Positions 63,722-64,000 of a stretch of DNA of 64,000 bases are shown here, piece by piece; position 1 is the stretch's first letter, and every line of letters starts with the position of its first letter. Source of the DNA: Chrysomallon squamiferum (Eukaryota > Animalia > Mollusca); contig CM022679.1 in the NCBI GenBank assembly GCA_012295275.1, forward strand, positions 7,440,001-7,504,000. The letters are read 5' to 3'. Made by a program: the position numbers and the translations under genes. The notes under the pieces are model-generated. The model worked only from the letters and a program-made list of their open reading frames with translations, had not been told where the DNA came from and did not search any database.

Positions 63722-64000
63722 GGCGTAGGTGATGACAACAAACACTTTTGGATTACCATAATATAATGTAATTTATTTCGCTTTTAATCATTAGTTATAA
63801 AATTATTATTATAGTTTTTCTTCTCGTAGATTTTCTTTTACAAATGCATAATTGATATTTAGATTTACATTTCTGAGTTAAAAATGCAAATACTGCAATT
63901 TTGATGCGACAATCAAACGGTCTCTCCGAGTAACCATCGCTTTCAAGAATCAATTGGCAATGGTGTTGTTTACACGTTATGAAAGTTATAACTGTGAAAC

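Overview
AT-rich, microsatellite-dense animal genomic DNA with GT-AG introns. Gene content suggests a lophotrochozoan, probably a mollusc, but the species cannot be fixed from sequence. Manual splicing gives four blocks. (1) A tachykinin/natalisin-receptor-like class A GPCR with 5 coding exons (+, 6709-30973, 444 aa). (2) A four-copy cluster of soluble acetylcholine-binding-protein (AChBP)-like genes at 34.4-47.1 kb: Cys-loop receptor ligand-binding domains that stop before TM1. Two copies are intact (227 and 230 aa). One minus-strand copy has a TGG>TAG stop at the conserved WxPD Trp and a GG in place of a splice acceptor. One copy is a deleted pseudogene from a recent tandem duplication whose junction is still readable, with a FLYWCH/MULE transposase relic in its intron. 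(3) A 12-exon TBC-domain Rab-GAP (+, 47691-54541, 490 aa). (4) WDR61/SKIC8 (-, 63721-57752, 308 aa). Most supplied ORFs are microsatellite artefacts. The most interesting element is the diversifying AChBP-like cluster. Exon boundaries were read by eye and need RNA-seq confirmation.
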